DNA of 64,000 nucleotides. Source: Callorhinchus milii. Lineage: Eukaryota. The position numbers and the translations under genes are program-made. The notes beneath the pieces are model-generated. The model ran no database searches, was not told the DNA's origin, and worked only from the letters and a program-made list of their open reading frames with translations. Below, piece by piece: positions 11,147-23,419 of this stretch. The stretch is from NCBI RefSeq assembly GCF_018977255.1, contig NW_024704743.1, positions 52,516,001 through 52,580,000 of the forward strand, given 5' to 3'. Each line of letters begins with the position of its first letter. Position 1 is the first letter of the stretch.

Positions 11147-14100
11147 CTGTTTGAGGAGAAAAGAAATGGATCAGTGTATCAGCAAGTTGCTCATTTACAA
11201 GATAATGTATCATGAGCTATGATCAGAAGAAGTTGGCCAGAATACTATGGCCATAGTATCTCACAAAGGGTAGTGGAAATCTGGAATGCTCTACCCCAAA
11301 AGACTGTCGAGGATCCATTCTAATTTTAAAGACTGAGGTGCATAGATATCTGTTAGGTAAGGGCATCCAGGGAAATGGGGCAAAGGCAGGTAATTGGAGT
11401 TGAGGTACAGGAACAGACTTGAGGGGCTGAATGGCCTACTCCTATGTTCCTTCTGTATTTTCTGTTACTTCATTAGGTTTCAGGAGAATTGTTTTCCTTG
11501 AAACAAAAATAATCAGAACTTCAAGATTTTTTTTTATAGCACTCACTGAATAATAATAATGATACTGTAATTATAATAGCACTCAGAGACCATACCCGCC
11601 TGAAGGGTGCTATATAAATGTGAGTTGTGTTGTTAATCATCCTTACATTTGATATAGCATTTTTCCCATTGGGAGGACTCAAAATACTTCCCAGAATATA
11701 CCGTAAAGAGGGGTGACCGTGTATTTTGTTGGCAAACACAGTAGCAATCTACACAGAGCAATGTACCACAAACAGCCATGAAGTGAGTGACCAATTTTAT
11801 CAGTGGGATTGTTGGCCAGGTCACCGAGAGAAACTCACTTTTCTTTTTAAATAATGCCAATGGAACTTTTAACATCCACTTGAACGGGCAGATGGGATCT
11901 TGGTTTAATGTCTCACCCGAAGGACGGACCTCAAACAATACAGCACACCTCCAGCACTGCATTGGAGTGTCAGCCCAGAATACGTGAGTTCCAAGTCCTG
12001 TTGGAACTTGAATCAGCAAACCTTTTGATTCTGAGTGCTACCAACTGGGCTGACACATGATTCAATGCAATTTCTATCTCATAAAACATTGTGGAAGTGC
12101 AGCTCCTGTCTTCTATATTTTTCAAGGTTTGACTTTTTTAATTTTGTTCTCGTGTCAAACTACAGAAAGTCCCAATGCAACAATTCCAAAAAGTTGAATC
12201 TCTGAATTTCGTCAGCAAAATACACATTGAGTTAACTTTTGATTGTTAAACAGTCCTACATAATGTTTGAGGTACAGTAGGTGACACTCTAATACAGGAC
12301 TGGAGGTGATCTGCATTGTTGGAGGTGCCATCCTTTGGATGTCTCCCATCTGATTATTCAGATGGATGTTAAAGATCCCATGGCACCACTAAAAACAGGA
12401 GTTGCAGCCTAGCTCAGTTGGTAGGGTTCAAGCACACATCAAGACTTCGAAATGTTAGTCTTTCCTGACACTCTAGAGCAATGCTGGATGTCCCGGGTGC
12501 CGACCTTCGTGTTATATGTTAAACAGAGGATCCATACGCCTGTTCAGGTGGATGTTTGTCTACAAATACACAATTATTTCACACTACGTCACACTCACTT
12601 TGAAACATCCTCCTAATGGATAAGTACTATATCAATGTAAATTGTATCCTGTGAATAAATTTGAGATATCCTCCCAACGTGAAAGATGCTATATCAAATG
12701 CAATGATGATTACCGTACAATCTGTCTGTTGTCACCTCTATGTTCCTCCCTCCATAGATGCTGCCTGACCTGCTGAGCAACTTCTGTTTTTATTTCAGAT
12801 TTCCAGCATCTGCAGTAATTTGCCTTTAGTTTATGGTATTACTAGAACCGTTTTTTTTCTATTCATACAATATTATTATATTTCAAGCTAAATATTTAAA
12901 TTGTGCAAACGTTTTATTAACACATGGATGACAAATAAAGTGGTTTCCTGCATTCTTCCACTTCATTTATTGATTTGGATCTTAAAATCGTCTTTTCAAT
13001 GCTTCTCCACTGCGTAGTCAGCAACCTCACTACCCAGTATGAAAATAATAAAACAACAAAATTACATTTATATAGTGCCTTTCATGTCAGGAGGACATCC
13101 CAAGGCGCTGGACAATCAATGTTTCAGACTTGAACTGGGCGTCGGGATCAATGGGGGAAGGAAGGTGACCGAAGACACAGTCGAAGAGGACGGTCTTGAG
13201 ATGGGTCTTGAAGGAGGCAAGAGAGGGGGCGAGCTTGAGGGAGTATGGGATGGGACGGAGTTCCAGAGGGTGGGGGCAGAGTGGCTGAAGGCTCGCCCTC
13301 CAATGGTGGGGTGGGCGAAGCAGGGGACATGAAGCAGGCCATAGCCCGCTGAGTGGAGGGTGCAGGCAAGTTGGTAGGGGGTAGAGGCCATGGGAAAGCA
13401 AGATCATCAAAGGCTTTGAAAGTGAGGAGCAGGATCTTGAACTGTATCCTTTGTGTGATGGAAAGCCAGTGGAGTCGGGCGCAGATGCGGGTCATAGGGT
13501 CGTGGAGCCTGGTGCAGGAGAGGACCGGGGCTGGATGATCTACAGCTTATGGAGGGAGGAGTTGGGGAGGCCGACAAGCAGGGAGTTTGCGTAGCCGAGC
13601 CTGGACGTTATGAATGCGTGTATGAGGGTCTCGGCGGCCTGCGTTGTGAGACAGTAGTGGAGCCGGGTGATGTTGCGGAGGTAGGGAAAGTTTGAACGGG
13701 TCATTGCGCGGATGTGGGGTATGAAGAACAGTTGAGCGTCGAACAGGACTCCAAGGTTCTGTATTGGCTCCATGAGATGTAGAGTGCATCCATGGAGGGA
13801 GATGCTGTCAGAGCCTGAAGTATGGAGGCGCTGATGGGAGCTAAGCAGGAGGGCTCGATCTTCTTGACATTCAACTAGCTGACATTCAACTAGCTCTCAG
13901 CCAGGATTTGATGTCTGTCAGGACAGCAGTGGTCCTGGAGTCAAGGGTAGAGGCAGAGAGATAAAGTTGGGTGTCAACCACATACATGTGGAAGTTGACC
14001 CTATGTCTGCGGATGATGTCACCAAGGGGAGCATATGGATATTGAAAAGGAGAGGGTCAAGGACAGAGCCCTGAGGGATGCCACACGAGATGGTGCGGGG

Positions 14101-17100
14101 GCTGGAGGAGAAGCCGATAGCAGCAATAAAGTGGAGATGGTGCGAGAGGTAGGATTCAAACCAGGCAAGGGCAGGTCTGCGAAGGTTGAACTGAGAGGAG
14201 AGGAGGTATAGGGACAGAATGGTCAACAGTGTCAAAGGCAGCAGAAAGGTCGAGAATGCCAGGTTAGGTTTTTAGTATAATAATAATAATCTTTGCATTT
14301 GATATAGCGCTTTTCACGTCAGGAGGACGTCCCAAAGCGCTTCACAGAACATAGTGTAAAGTGAATTGACCGTATATTTGTGGGCAAACATGGCAGCCAA
14401 TTGTGCACAGCAATGTCCCACAAACAGTCGTGGATTGAAAATGATCAATTTATTATTGTTTTTGGTTTTGGAGGGATTATCATTAGGCTCTGTGTGGAGT
14501 AAGGAAACTTGCCCAAGGTTTCACCCTCTGCCTGGAATTGAACTCAGGTCTCTCGCTTGTAAAGCGAGTGCTCTAACCACTGAGCTACAGGACTCCAGGT
14601 ATGTGCTGAGTTAGCTGAGTTAGCTGATTTCAGGCAGTCAGGTGCTAAATTTGTTCTCTGACTTGTGACCCTTTCTGGATGGTGTGTAAATGTGGCTATT
14701 TGGTAAACATTCTGCTACAACATTCCCTGTGGTTGAAGAGGCTACCACCACTTCCTGTAGAGTCTCACACACAAAGAATGCCAGGGTGCACTTCAGTCCA
14801 GCACCTTCACCAAAATCATTGAAGAAGTAAAAACACAACTAAATTACCTTTTCCAGACCAGTGGAGTTATCACTGATTTCATCAGGCAACATGATGACCA
14901 TAGTCAGCTCATTTTGCACATAAGGGAGCTCAACAATCCTCATTTGAAGCTCTTTGATATAAGTGGAGTAAAGGTCTGCTTCTTGGTACATCATATTCAC
15001 TGGCTTAGACTGCCCCTGCAAAAGAAGTTATGAATTATCATGAGTTAAGAATCAACACAAGTTGGTTCTTGATGGAACAATGAATGTAAAAGGTGTCATT
15101 CGTTTGAATTTTTCACCACCAAAGTTCAGTACCTTATTCAGTCTGAAGGGTTTCACAAGCGTATCTGTCTCATTAAATTTATGCTCCCAGCTCCCTTTAA
15201 AGTAGACGGCGTTCACAAGCACGAGTCTGGTGAGATCAGTAATATGGTCTGCAGAAAGCAGCTTTTGGATTTTACCTGAAGGAAAACACACAGTGAATTT
15301 GCTTAATTTATAAAGATAAGAAAAAGATGTTTGAAACAGAAATTATTTTCATGCTTTATAACAGAACCACTGTATTGTTTAAAGAACTATTGATAGGCTC
15401 CACTAGCCTATTGCCTCCATTCTTGCCCGGCTCTATTAGCTCCCCATCCCCGAGAATATTGAGTTCAAGATCTTCGTCCATACTTTTAAATCCCTCCACT
15501 GTCTTGCCCCTTTCTACCTCGGCAATTTTCTTAAACCTTACCAACCAGCCCTCTCCCCCCACTAGGATTACTAGTCTGCCTCACATCCCCCGCCCTGCGT
15601 GCCCCATCATCGGACTTTCAGCCTTTCTGCCCCACTTTTTGGAATCCCATCCTGGAGTTCCTATACCCCTCCCCTCCCCTCCTCTGGATCTGTTTCCAGA
15701 CTTTCCTCTTTAACTACTCCTTCAGTCATTTTCTCCCCCCACTCCATACCCCTCGCCAGCCCCCAGCCCCACTGCTCCTGAATCCAACCCCCAGTTTGGG
15801 TGCAAATCCTCGACTGTCCAGCATTTATGAAATCCTATGACATGAAAGGTGCTATATAAATGGAATTTATTGCTGTTTCACACAGGGGAAGCTAAATATT
15901 CTTTAATACCTTCAGGAAGTATGAATCTGTCAACATTGGGTATATCCTTGGTGGGAGATTTTCAGAAATCAGTATCGTAAGAACCATTAAAATATATGAT
16001 ACATTAGGATGCCAATCAGCTCATTTTTTTATGCGTGTTTCTTCCTCCAAGATACTATCCACCCTAATCCCAATTGCCTGCTCTTTTCCCATACTCTCTG
16101 ATTCATTTGCTCTGCAAGCGCTTCTCTAATTGTTTTTAAATGCTCCAATCAACTCTGCTCTATCAGCCAACCTGGTTCCGACAAAGGGTCGTGGACCCGA
16201 AACGTTGACTCACTTTCCTTTCTCCATAGATGCTGCCTGACATGCTGAGTTTTCCCAGCTCTCTCTGTTTTTGTTTCAGATTCCAGCATCTGCAGTATCT
16301 TGTGTTTTGATCCTGGTTCCATTCTCTAACAACACGTGGAGCCCTGTAGCTCAGTGGTTAGAGCACTTGCCTCGCAAGCGAGAGATCTGGGTTCGATTCC
16401 CAACTGGACAAAACATTGGGCAAGTTTCCTTACTCCACACACCTCTGTTTACCTCGCAGTAAGTAGGAACCCGATTGTTAGTCGATTGGTGTATCGTTTC
16501 TCCAGGGGTAGTAATTACTTACAAAAAAAACGTTGGTCAGTCAATCCACGACTGTTGTGGGACACTGCTGTGCGCAATTGTCTGCCACCCACAAAATATA
16601 CAGTTAATTCTCTTTATAGTACACTCTGTGAAGCACTTTGAGATGTCTCAAAGATGTGATAACAGGCTACATTGAATGCAAGGATTATTATTATTATTAA
16701 TGCTCTGGGAGAAGATCTCACCCTAACTAAACTCTGTACACCCATCGCATCAGTTCCAGCCAGCCTCCACTGGCTCCCTATCACCATACGGATCGATTTC
16801 AAATCCTTTATGCCTTAGCATCTCTCCACCACTCTTCTGCATGTCCCTTGTGCCCTCCATTCCACCATCGGTGGCTGCGCTTTTAGCCACTATGTCCCAA
16901 ACTCTGGAACACTCTTCCTCCATCCCTCCACCTTGTCGCCTCCTACACCATTTTTAGGTTATGCCTGAAGCCTTCCTTTTCAACAGTAGCAACAGTCACC
17001 TTCCCCCAGCTCAACGGCATGGTCTGGGAAGCTACTTTGTGTGAGGTGCGTTATATAAATGCAAGTTCTTCTCCCAAACCTCTTCTACACCCCTAATCAT

Positions 17101-20100
17101 GATCTTGTCCTCTAATTTCTTACCAACAGAAAGAGGTTTTCCACTCATTTTATTTGGTTTCTTGGTTCAATTCAAGTATAAAAAATGACATTGCTGAATG
17201 CCTTACCATCAGTTTTGATCTCTACCCAGGAATTAATCGTGTTCCTGGCAACTTCTGGCTGATTTGCGAAGTCAACGGCAGACAGATCTGCCTGATAAAA
17301 TTCTGAGATAGAACTGAGGAATTTCTGAAAGAAGAAGGCACATATGGGTCAGTAGATAGAAAGGTTACTTCAAGTAAGAAAGACTTAAGAACATAAAGAC
17401 GTAAAATTATAGCAGTGAAATGACTGCATTGGCGAAAACTGAGCTTCAAACTTATCTTTAACCACTAACAGGTTTGCGAGTGAATATTTCTCTCCTTCAA
17501 TTTCGACACAGTAGTCTGAAATCTGTAACCATTTTTCAAGATTGTTCATCCAACATATCTTAGATTTCTGGTTGGCAGTAACAGGACCAAATGTCTTTCT
17601 TTGATCTACTAAGGACGGGCAGCATTCGAGTGCTGCTTCAGAAATTGACTTAAAATTGTTTCTTAATTTTGTTTGCATAAGTATCATTCTCCAGGATAGG
17701 GAGCAAAAAATGGAACATGGAAATGCTCAGCGCTGTGCTGACACTGTGATTGCCAGGAAAGGTGTTGGAGGCCAGGACACTGGACTCAATTATACAGCAG
17801 CTTGATGCTGTGATGGGGGTGATGGGGGGGCTGGGGGGGTGTTCTGAAGGGATACGATTAGATGCCTGAATCATCCACACAAATTTTGTGATATTCTGAT
17901 GATGTGTTAGTTATTGGTGCTAATTAGCCTTTATGGAAAGGATATACACTTCACTCCTAGTTTCTAAAACTCCATTATGTAACTGTTAAATAGTGCCCTT
18001 AACAGCATAACTTCTTGGCCATAATGGTCCATAAATTGCTCCATCTAGACTAATCAAACTCCACAGGGCCATTTTATCTCATTAAAATCTACTTTCATCC
18101 CACATCCTCGTATACACTAATAGTTCATATCCTACCAGAAAAATCTGCTATAAATTAGATAAGAACAAGTCAAAAATAAGCAGGGGTGGTCAACAATTCT
18201 TCATAAACATTTTGCAGTAAGGATTAAAATTCCAACATTGTATTGCTGCATTCAGTACATGAAGAGTTAATTTCAAGGCTTGATGAGGTTTAAACTAGCA
18301 CTTATTGCTACTGTTGGGCTACCAATTGCTTGGACTCGGATTTCCTTTACTTTTTTGACCAGTGGCCAGAGTTTGAATGTTTATGACTATTCTCCTTGGA
18401 GGTCTATAGTGGTTTCAGTAGTCCAGTTCCTGAACCAGGTGTACTCCAGGGCACTGCTGGTGACAGACCAGCCAGCTTGACTCATTAGCATGACTTGGAG
18501 GGACAGACCAGTTACTCCGCTCCTTTTAAAGCCAAAGCCCTAAAGGGTAGGGTGGTCCTAGCTGTACAAATAGTAGTTTACCACCACATACTTTTGACCG
18601 CAATGTTGGCTTTTGCCAACTTTTCCTAATACTCTCCGGATTTAGGCAAGCAGAATGCATTCCTCCAGGGAGACTACACATTCCATTCTAGATACAGGGA
18701 AATCTCCATGTGTAGATATAATAATAATAATAATCCTTGCATTTGATATAGCGCTTTTCACGTCGGGAGGACGTCCCAAAGCGCTTTACAGAACACACTG
18801 TAAAGTGAATTGACTGTATATTTGTGTGCGAACGCGGCAGCCAATTGCGCAAAGAAATGTCCCACAAACAGTCGTAGATTGAAAATGACCAATTTATTAT
18901 TGTGTTTGGTTTTGGAGGGTTTATTATTAGGCGTGTGGAGTAAGGAAACTTGGCCAAGGTTTCGCCCTGCCTGGAATTGAACTCAGGTCTCTCGCTTGCA
19001 AAGCGAGTGCTCTAACCACTGAGCTACAGGACTCCACATAGCATACATATGTGGAAATCTCAGTCTGGTTTGCGTACTCTTAAGTATGGTGATGGATTTC
19101 TGCACGTCATACACCCAGTTGACCTAAACAAAACATTCTTTAAAAATTAAATTGTTATGTGTTGTATCAGTGCAAAGGACTAATTCTAATCCATCTGATC
19201 TTACTTGAAGAAATGTGTACGTCTTATCTTGAAAAAGACTGTTGACCAGTTTCAGCAAATAGGAAGCGCTGGGTCTGTTGATGTCAGACAGCAGTGTCTT
19301 GAATCTTGCATGGACGTCGTCTACTGTATCAAAGTGTAGCACCTGTTAAACACACAATTAAAGTAGTAACAATTAGTTAAAATGAACCACTGCAGACTAA
19401 TTCGCAATATTTTAATGGGATATCTTTAGAAGGAATCCAGTTAAACTATGGAAACTTTGTTCCTAAAGTAGGTCGCATCTGAGTTGACAAGGCTTACGAT
19501 GAAGTGGATCCAGTTATGAAGGAGTCCCCCACTTGTGCAACTTGGATTACTTTTTGAACAATCCAGTTAACAAAAACTGCAGATTAGACTCCATATATCT
19601 AGCTTTATTACTTTCATTGCCCAGTGATTTATTAGTGTCTGAGAAAATACTGAACATTTCATCTATATTCACTTTACATATACTTGGAGCAAATGTTCAG
19701 TGCATTTCTTCCGACAAATAGTGCATCACAAAGTGTTTTCACAACAGATTAATTTAAAAAGTAAGAATTCTTTACTCTTAATATTTTTAAATTCAGCTGG
19801 TTCTTTTTAATCGCTGTGGAAAAATAGCAGGACACTCATCAAAAACATATTGCAATGCAAAATCTTGAATCTTAATACAAAGCATCTAACAGGTAAAGTC
19901 TAGGAGCCTCTGGATTCCACCTGAAATTGTGTTTGTACAGTAAGAGGGAAGATAAAGGCAAAATGTTGATACGATTAATGCCAGTTGTATGGCAGGTACA
20001 GCTCTGACTGTTTACTCACCAGCACCACATGCCAATGAGATTTTCTATTGGTAAATGAAGAACTCACTTTCTTAGAAGTTCTTAACTGGCATTCAAAATG

Positions 20101-21869
20101 TAACAGCCAAATTGTAAAATCTTTTTTCACTTCCAAGGATGACGTTTAAAAATTCACAGGCTGTCAACGCCCAGTTTTACATTGGAACCACTCGAAGCAA
20201 GTGTGAAGACTCTATCCTCAGCCTTCTGCTTTTCTCATTTAAATGCTCCTTCTCAGTGATGTCATCCACAGACATGGGGTCAATTTCCACCTGTACAATA
20301 TACGCCAAATTAACATTTTCTCCTCTAACAGTGACCTCAGGTTCTAATGATGTTCTGTCTGCCTGCTTGTTACACATTCAAGTCCTGGATGAACACCAAC
20401 TTTCTGCAGCTGAACATGGACAAGACAGGAGCCATCGCCTTGGCTCCCATCTTCTTACCTCACAGCTCTGCCATCTATCAACTCCCTGGGATAAAATCTT
20501 CAGACTTACTTAAACTGTGTGCAACCTTGGAATGAGGTTCGATCCTCAGTTTTCCTGCCTACCTACATCTAGTCCCTGATCAGGACCGCTTTCCTTCAGC
20601 TCTGCCACATCACCTGCCTCCGAACATACCTCACACAATTCTGCCTAATTGTTGAAATCCTCATCCATGCTTTAGTTACTCAATTTCTCCACAGGAATCT
20701 TTGTCAATCTCCCCAGCTCCCCACCATTTACAAAGTTCAATTGATTTAAGACCCCATTGCCCAAATCCTCATCCACACTAACCTCTACACTCCCATCAAC
20801 CCAAATCTTACCATTTTGATTGTGCCTAGAGTCGCCTCCCCTTTCCCCCTAACTCGGCATCAAACTATGCCATTTCTAAGCACTTTAAGACACAAGCGTG
20901 CATAAAGGGCACTAAATAAGTGCAAGTTATTGTTGTTGATTGTACCATAAATACAATTGGGGAAGTAAAGACAATCCCTAACTAACTGCATGTTTTTCAC
21001 TCACAAGTATTTTGTTATGAAAAATAATATAGCTCTTGCATATGTTATAGCACCTTATCACAACAAAAATGTCTCAAAGGACTCCACAGAAGTTTCTGTA
21101 AAGTGCAATAATCATATATTTGCAGGAAAAAGTAGCAGCCAATTTGCACACAGTGTCCCACAAATAGCCATGAATCGAATTACCAATTTTTTTGTATCTA
21201 AGGGATTGTTGGAGAGGACCACAGGAGAAGCTCCCTTCTCTTTTCAAATAGTGCCACAAGATCTTTACTGTCCAGCTGAACAGGCAGATGGGACCTCAGT
21301 TTAAATCGCACCTCTGGCATTGTAGCACTCCCCAGCACTGCATTGAAATGTCAGCCTTATTAAATTCATATTACATCCAGTGAACAGTGACTAATTCACT
21401 GTAAGTTCATTTGAAGTTACTTTGAGAAATGTAAATATTTTGTTTCCATGGAAATACCTGGCCTGTTTCCAGAGAGAGACCTGGACTACTTCACAGGTAG
21501 GAGAGCCCACATACTATATTTTAATCACATTTGAACTGTATGGAAAGGAACTAAACATATTTCTGGAGAAACTTTGAATAGACTATATTGAGTTTGTGTT
21601 AAATATCACACAGAAGCCATGTTTTTGTGCTCCAAATTAAATCAATTCTCAAGCAATATTTTCACATTCATTATTTTACAAAGTATTCAGTCCACACGTA
21701 CCTTGCTCATCTGAGCTGCAGTGTTGCCTTCAGCACCGAGATACACCATGGCCAGAGCGGCCGAGATGCTTAATGGAGAAAAGAAGACATTCTCCTTTTC
21801 TTTCCCTTCAATCACTTTCTTGTAGAGATCAAGAGCAAAGTTGGTGTTTGAAACACACAGAGAATCCAT
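10667..21869 (-). CDS. serpinb1-like: Clade B serpin gene 2 (SERPINB1-like scaffold), 404 aa, with C-terminal extension
   Basis: Coding exons 21702-21869, 19205-19342, 17207-17324, 15133-15275, 14848-15015, 10667-11146, all GT-AG and in phase. [26 protein letters not shown]. Confidence 0.95.
11635..12060 (-). mobile_element. Older SINE with Deu-domain-like core (related copies at 12290-12400, 21030-21360, 28330-28620, 32950-33210, 49170-49540)
   Basis: Core of the type ggatgagacattaaaccaagatcccatctgcc...gatgttaaagatcccatggca; degenerate tRNA head; family name from recall, not from a search. Confidence 0.6.
13060..14260 (-). mobile_element. Decayed L2 LINE 3' fragment in the last intron of serpin 2
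   Basis: [40 protein letters not shown]2 3' tail. Confidence 0.85.
14276..14598 (-). mobile_element. tRNA(Ala-like)-derived SINE, full length
   Basis: Head TGGAGTCCTGTAGCTCAGTGGTTAGAGC...GAGTTCAATTCC (A and B boxes), L2-like 3' end, (ATT)n tail. Confidence 0.85.
14848..15015 (-). CDS. serpin 2 coding exon 5 ([11 protein letters not shown]...STGLEK)
   Basis: 168 nt, AG/GT. Confidence 0.93.
15133..15275 (-). CDS. serpin 2 coding exon 4 (GKIQKLL...PFRLNK)
   Basis: 143 nt, AG/GT. Confidence 0.93.
16175..16310 (+). mobile_element. Penelope-like element terminal fragment (second, shorter copy 12750-12825)
   Basis: gggtc-gtg-gacccGAAACGTT followed by ccatagatgctgcctga...tttcagattccagcatctgcagta. 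Confidence 0.5.
16337..16700 (+). mobile_element. tRNA-derived SINE, full length
   Basis: A box TAGCTCAGTGG at 16347, B box GGTTCGATTCC at 16390, (ATT)n tail. Confidence 0.85.
17207..17324 (-). CDS. serpin 2 coding exon 3 ([10 protein letters not shown]...[10 protein letters not shown])
   Basis: 118 nt, AG/GT. Confidence 0.92.
18718..19037 (-). mobile_element. tRNA-derived SINE, young copy
   Basis: Near-identical to 14276-14598 and 31005-31330. Confidence 0.85.
19205..19342 (-). CDS. serpin 2 coding exon 2 ([11 protein letters not shown]...TYTFLQ)
   Basis: 138 nt, AG/GT. Confidence 0.93.
21702..21869 (-). CDS. serpin 2 first coding exon ([11 protein letters not shown]...AAQMSK)
   Basis: 168 nt, donor AAG|GTACGT. 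Confidence 0.93.
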
Positions 21870-23059
21870 TGCTGAAATCTGCAGGAAAGGAAAAGCTGTT
21901 AAACAGCCGAAGCTGCAGCAAATCCTCAAATCCCCAACTGACCCCAAATCTGACGCCTTGGGACGTCCTCCTGACATGAAAGGCTCTATACAAATATAAA
22001 TTGTTGTTGTTGAACAGTTGAAAGAGCTGCAATACCGATTTATTTATTGGAGTACTGACATGGCACACCTGTAGAGATGGGTGTCTATTTACACCCCCCA
22101 GCCTCATGTTCTGGGTGTCTGCCTGCAGCCATCTGTTGACTGCGAATGGATTAATCTTGCATTAAATTTACTTACATAAATATTTCACTTCACCGCAGTT
22201 ACAAACTGTAAATTTTCAGATTTTGAATACTGAGATAACCAAGCTCACAGATACAGGTGTCCCTTCAACAGCCAATTTTATTAAGCAGACCTTTATATAC
22301 CCAGCGCATGTACAGAAAGGTATATTTACTAATCCGGTAAACAGCTGTCTTTATTGTGTTGTTCCCTGTAGAGGCTGTTTCAACTTTAACTATTCAGTAA
22401 TGAACATTTATAGAGCATTTTCCTAATCTTTTTGCTCACCCCTTTCCAACCAATCTCTTTCCAATCTCATCATAATACCTAGATCATTTCAAAGGGGAGC
22501 TCTGTTATTCAATCGTGACCACAAGGGGCATCCACTAACACATACCAACACTGCTTCTTTGTTTTACTCCTTGCTCAAAACATAAACCATTTGGTCTAAC
22601 TATGCTCCTAACCTAATCAAGAAAGAAAGCGTAATAACGTTCATCAGCTCTGTGTCAAGCAGAAGGTCACCAAATAAAATCTCACTTCAAAACTGTTTTA
22701 TCTCAAAATTACAGAAAAATAACTACAAATATTAAAGAACTTACATTTTATGCAAAATATATTATAAAACAGCATAATAATCAAATTGACAGAATAAAAT
22801 GGTTAAAATATTAAAATTATAGGGTTCACACGTGCAAAACTTAGCAAAAGCATATTCACTGGATGTATTTAAAATGGCAAGTTACAATCTGATTTTAAAT
22901 AGAACAGTTCAATTTTGCAACAAAAAATCCTTTAGTGCTGATTTGGTTTAGTTATTTGTGAAGATCAGTTTGTTGTGCAAAATATTGCTTGTTCATTATA
23001 GCTTTTCTCTAGATACCCAAGTTCAAATCAAAAAAGGATTTTGGGGAAAAAAATCTTAC

Positions 23060-23160
23060 CTGATTTTCCCTGTATTCAGCAACTTCACACTGCAAGTTCA
23101 AAATTGTCCACTGTTCATGTCCTCAGAGAATTTAAACACTTTGACTTTGGGGGCGTGTTC
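23060..23160 (-). promoter_or_regulatory. Candidate non-coding first exon and core promoter of serpin 2
   Basis: Strong donor CAG|GTAAG at about 23060, TTTAAA at about 23131 and a GC box (gggggcgtg) at about 23148. Clade B serpins typically have a non-coding exon 1. Confidence 0.45.
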
Positions 23161-23419
23161 CTGCGTGTGAATGAGATTCAGAAAATGACTTAAAACTCAA
23201 TTACTATTTAGAAATACAAACGGGAATGTACAGAACCAGAAAAGACCAATGCAGTTTTTTTTTTGGTCTCTGACACATGCAGAACTCATGGAAATGCAAC
23301 TTTTATTCTCTCTCTGGAGGGACACACCCTGCTGACCTAATTCTGGAGAGTGTTAGGTGCATGTCATCAAGAGGGAAGGACTGCAGGCTCCATAGTTGTT
23401 GTACTGTTGCAGCTAAAAA

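Noticed and set aside
16337..16415. tRNA-Ala-like sequences with A and B boxes (also 7460-7520, 14530-14598, 18970-19037, 31260-31330, 53540-53610)
   Set aside because: They are SINE heads joined to a common body and (ATT)n tail, without a proper acceptor stem, so they are not tRNA genes.
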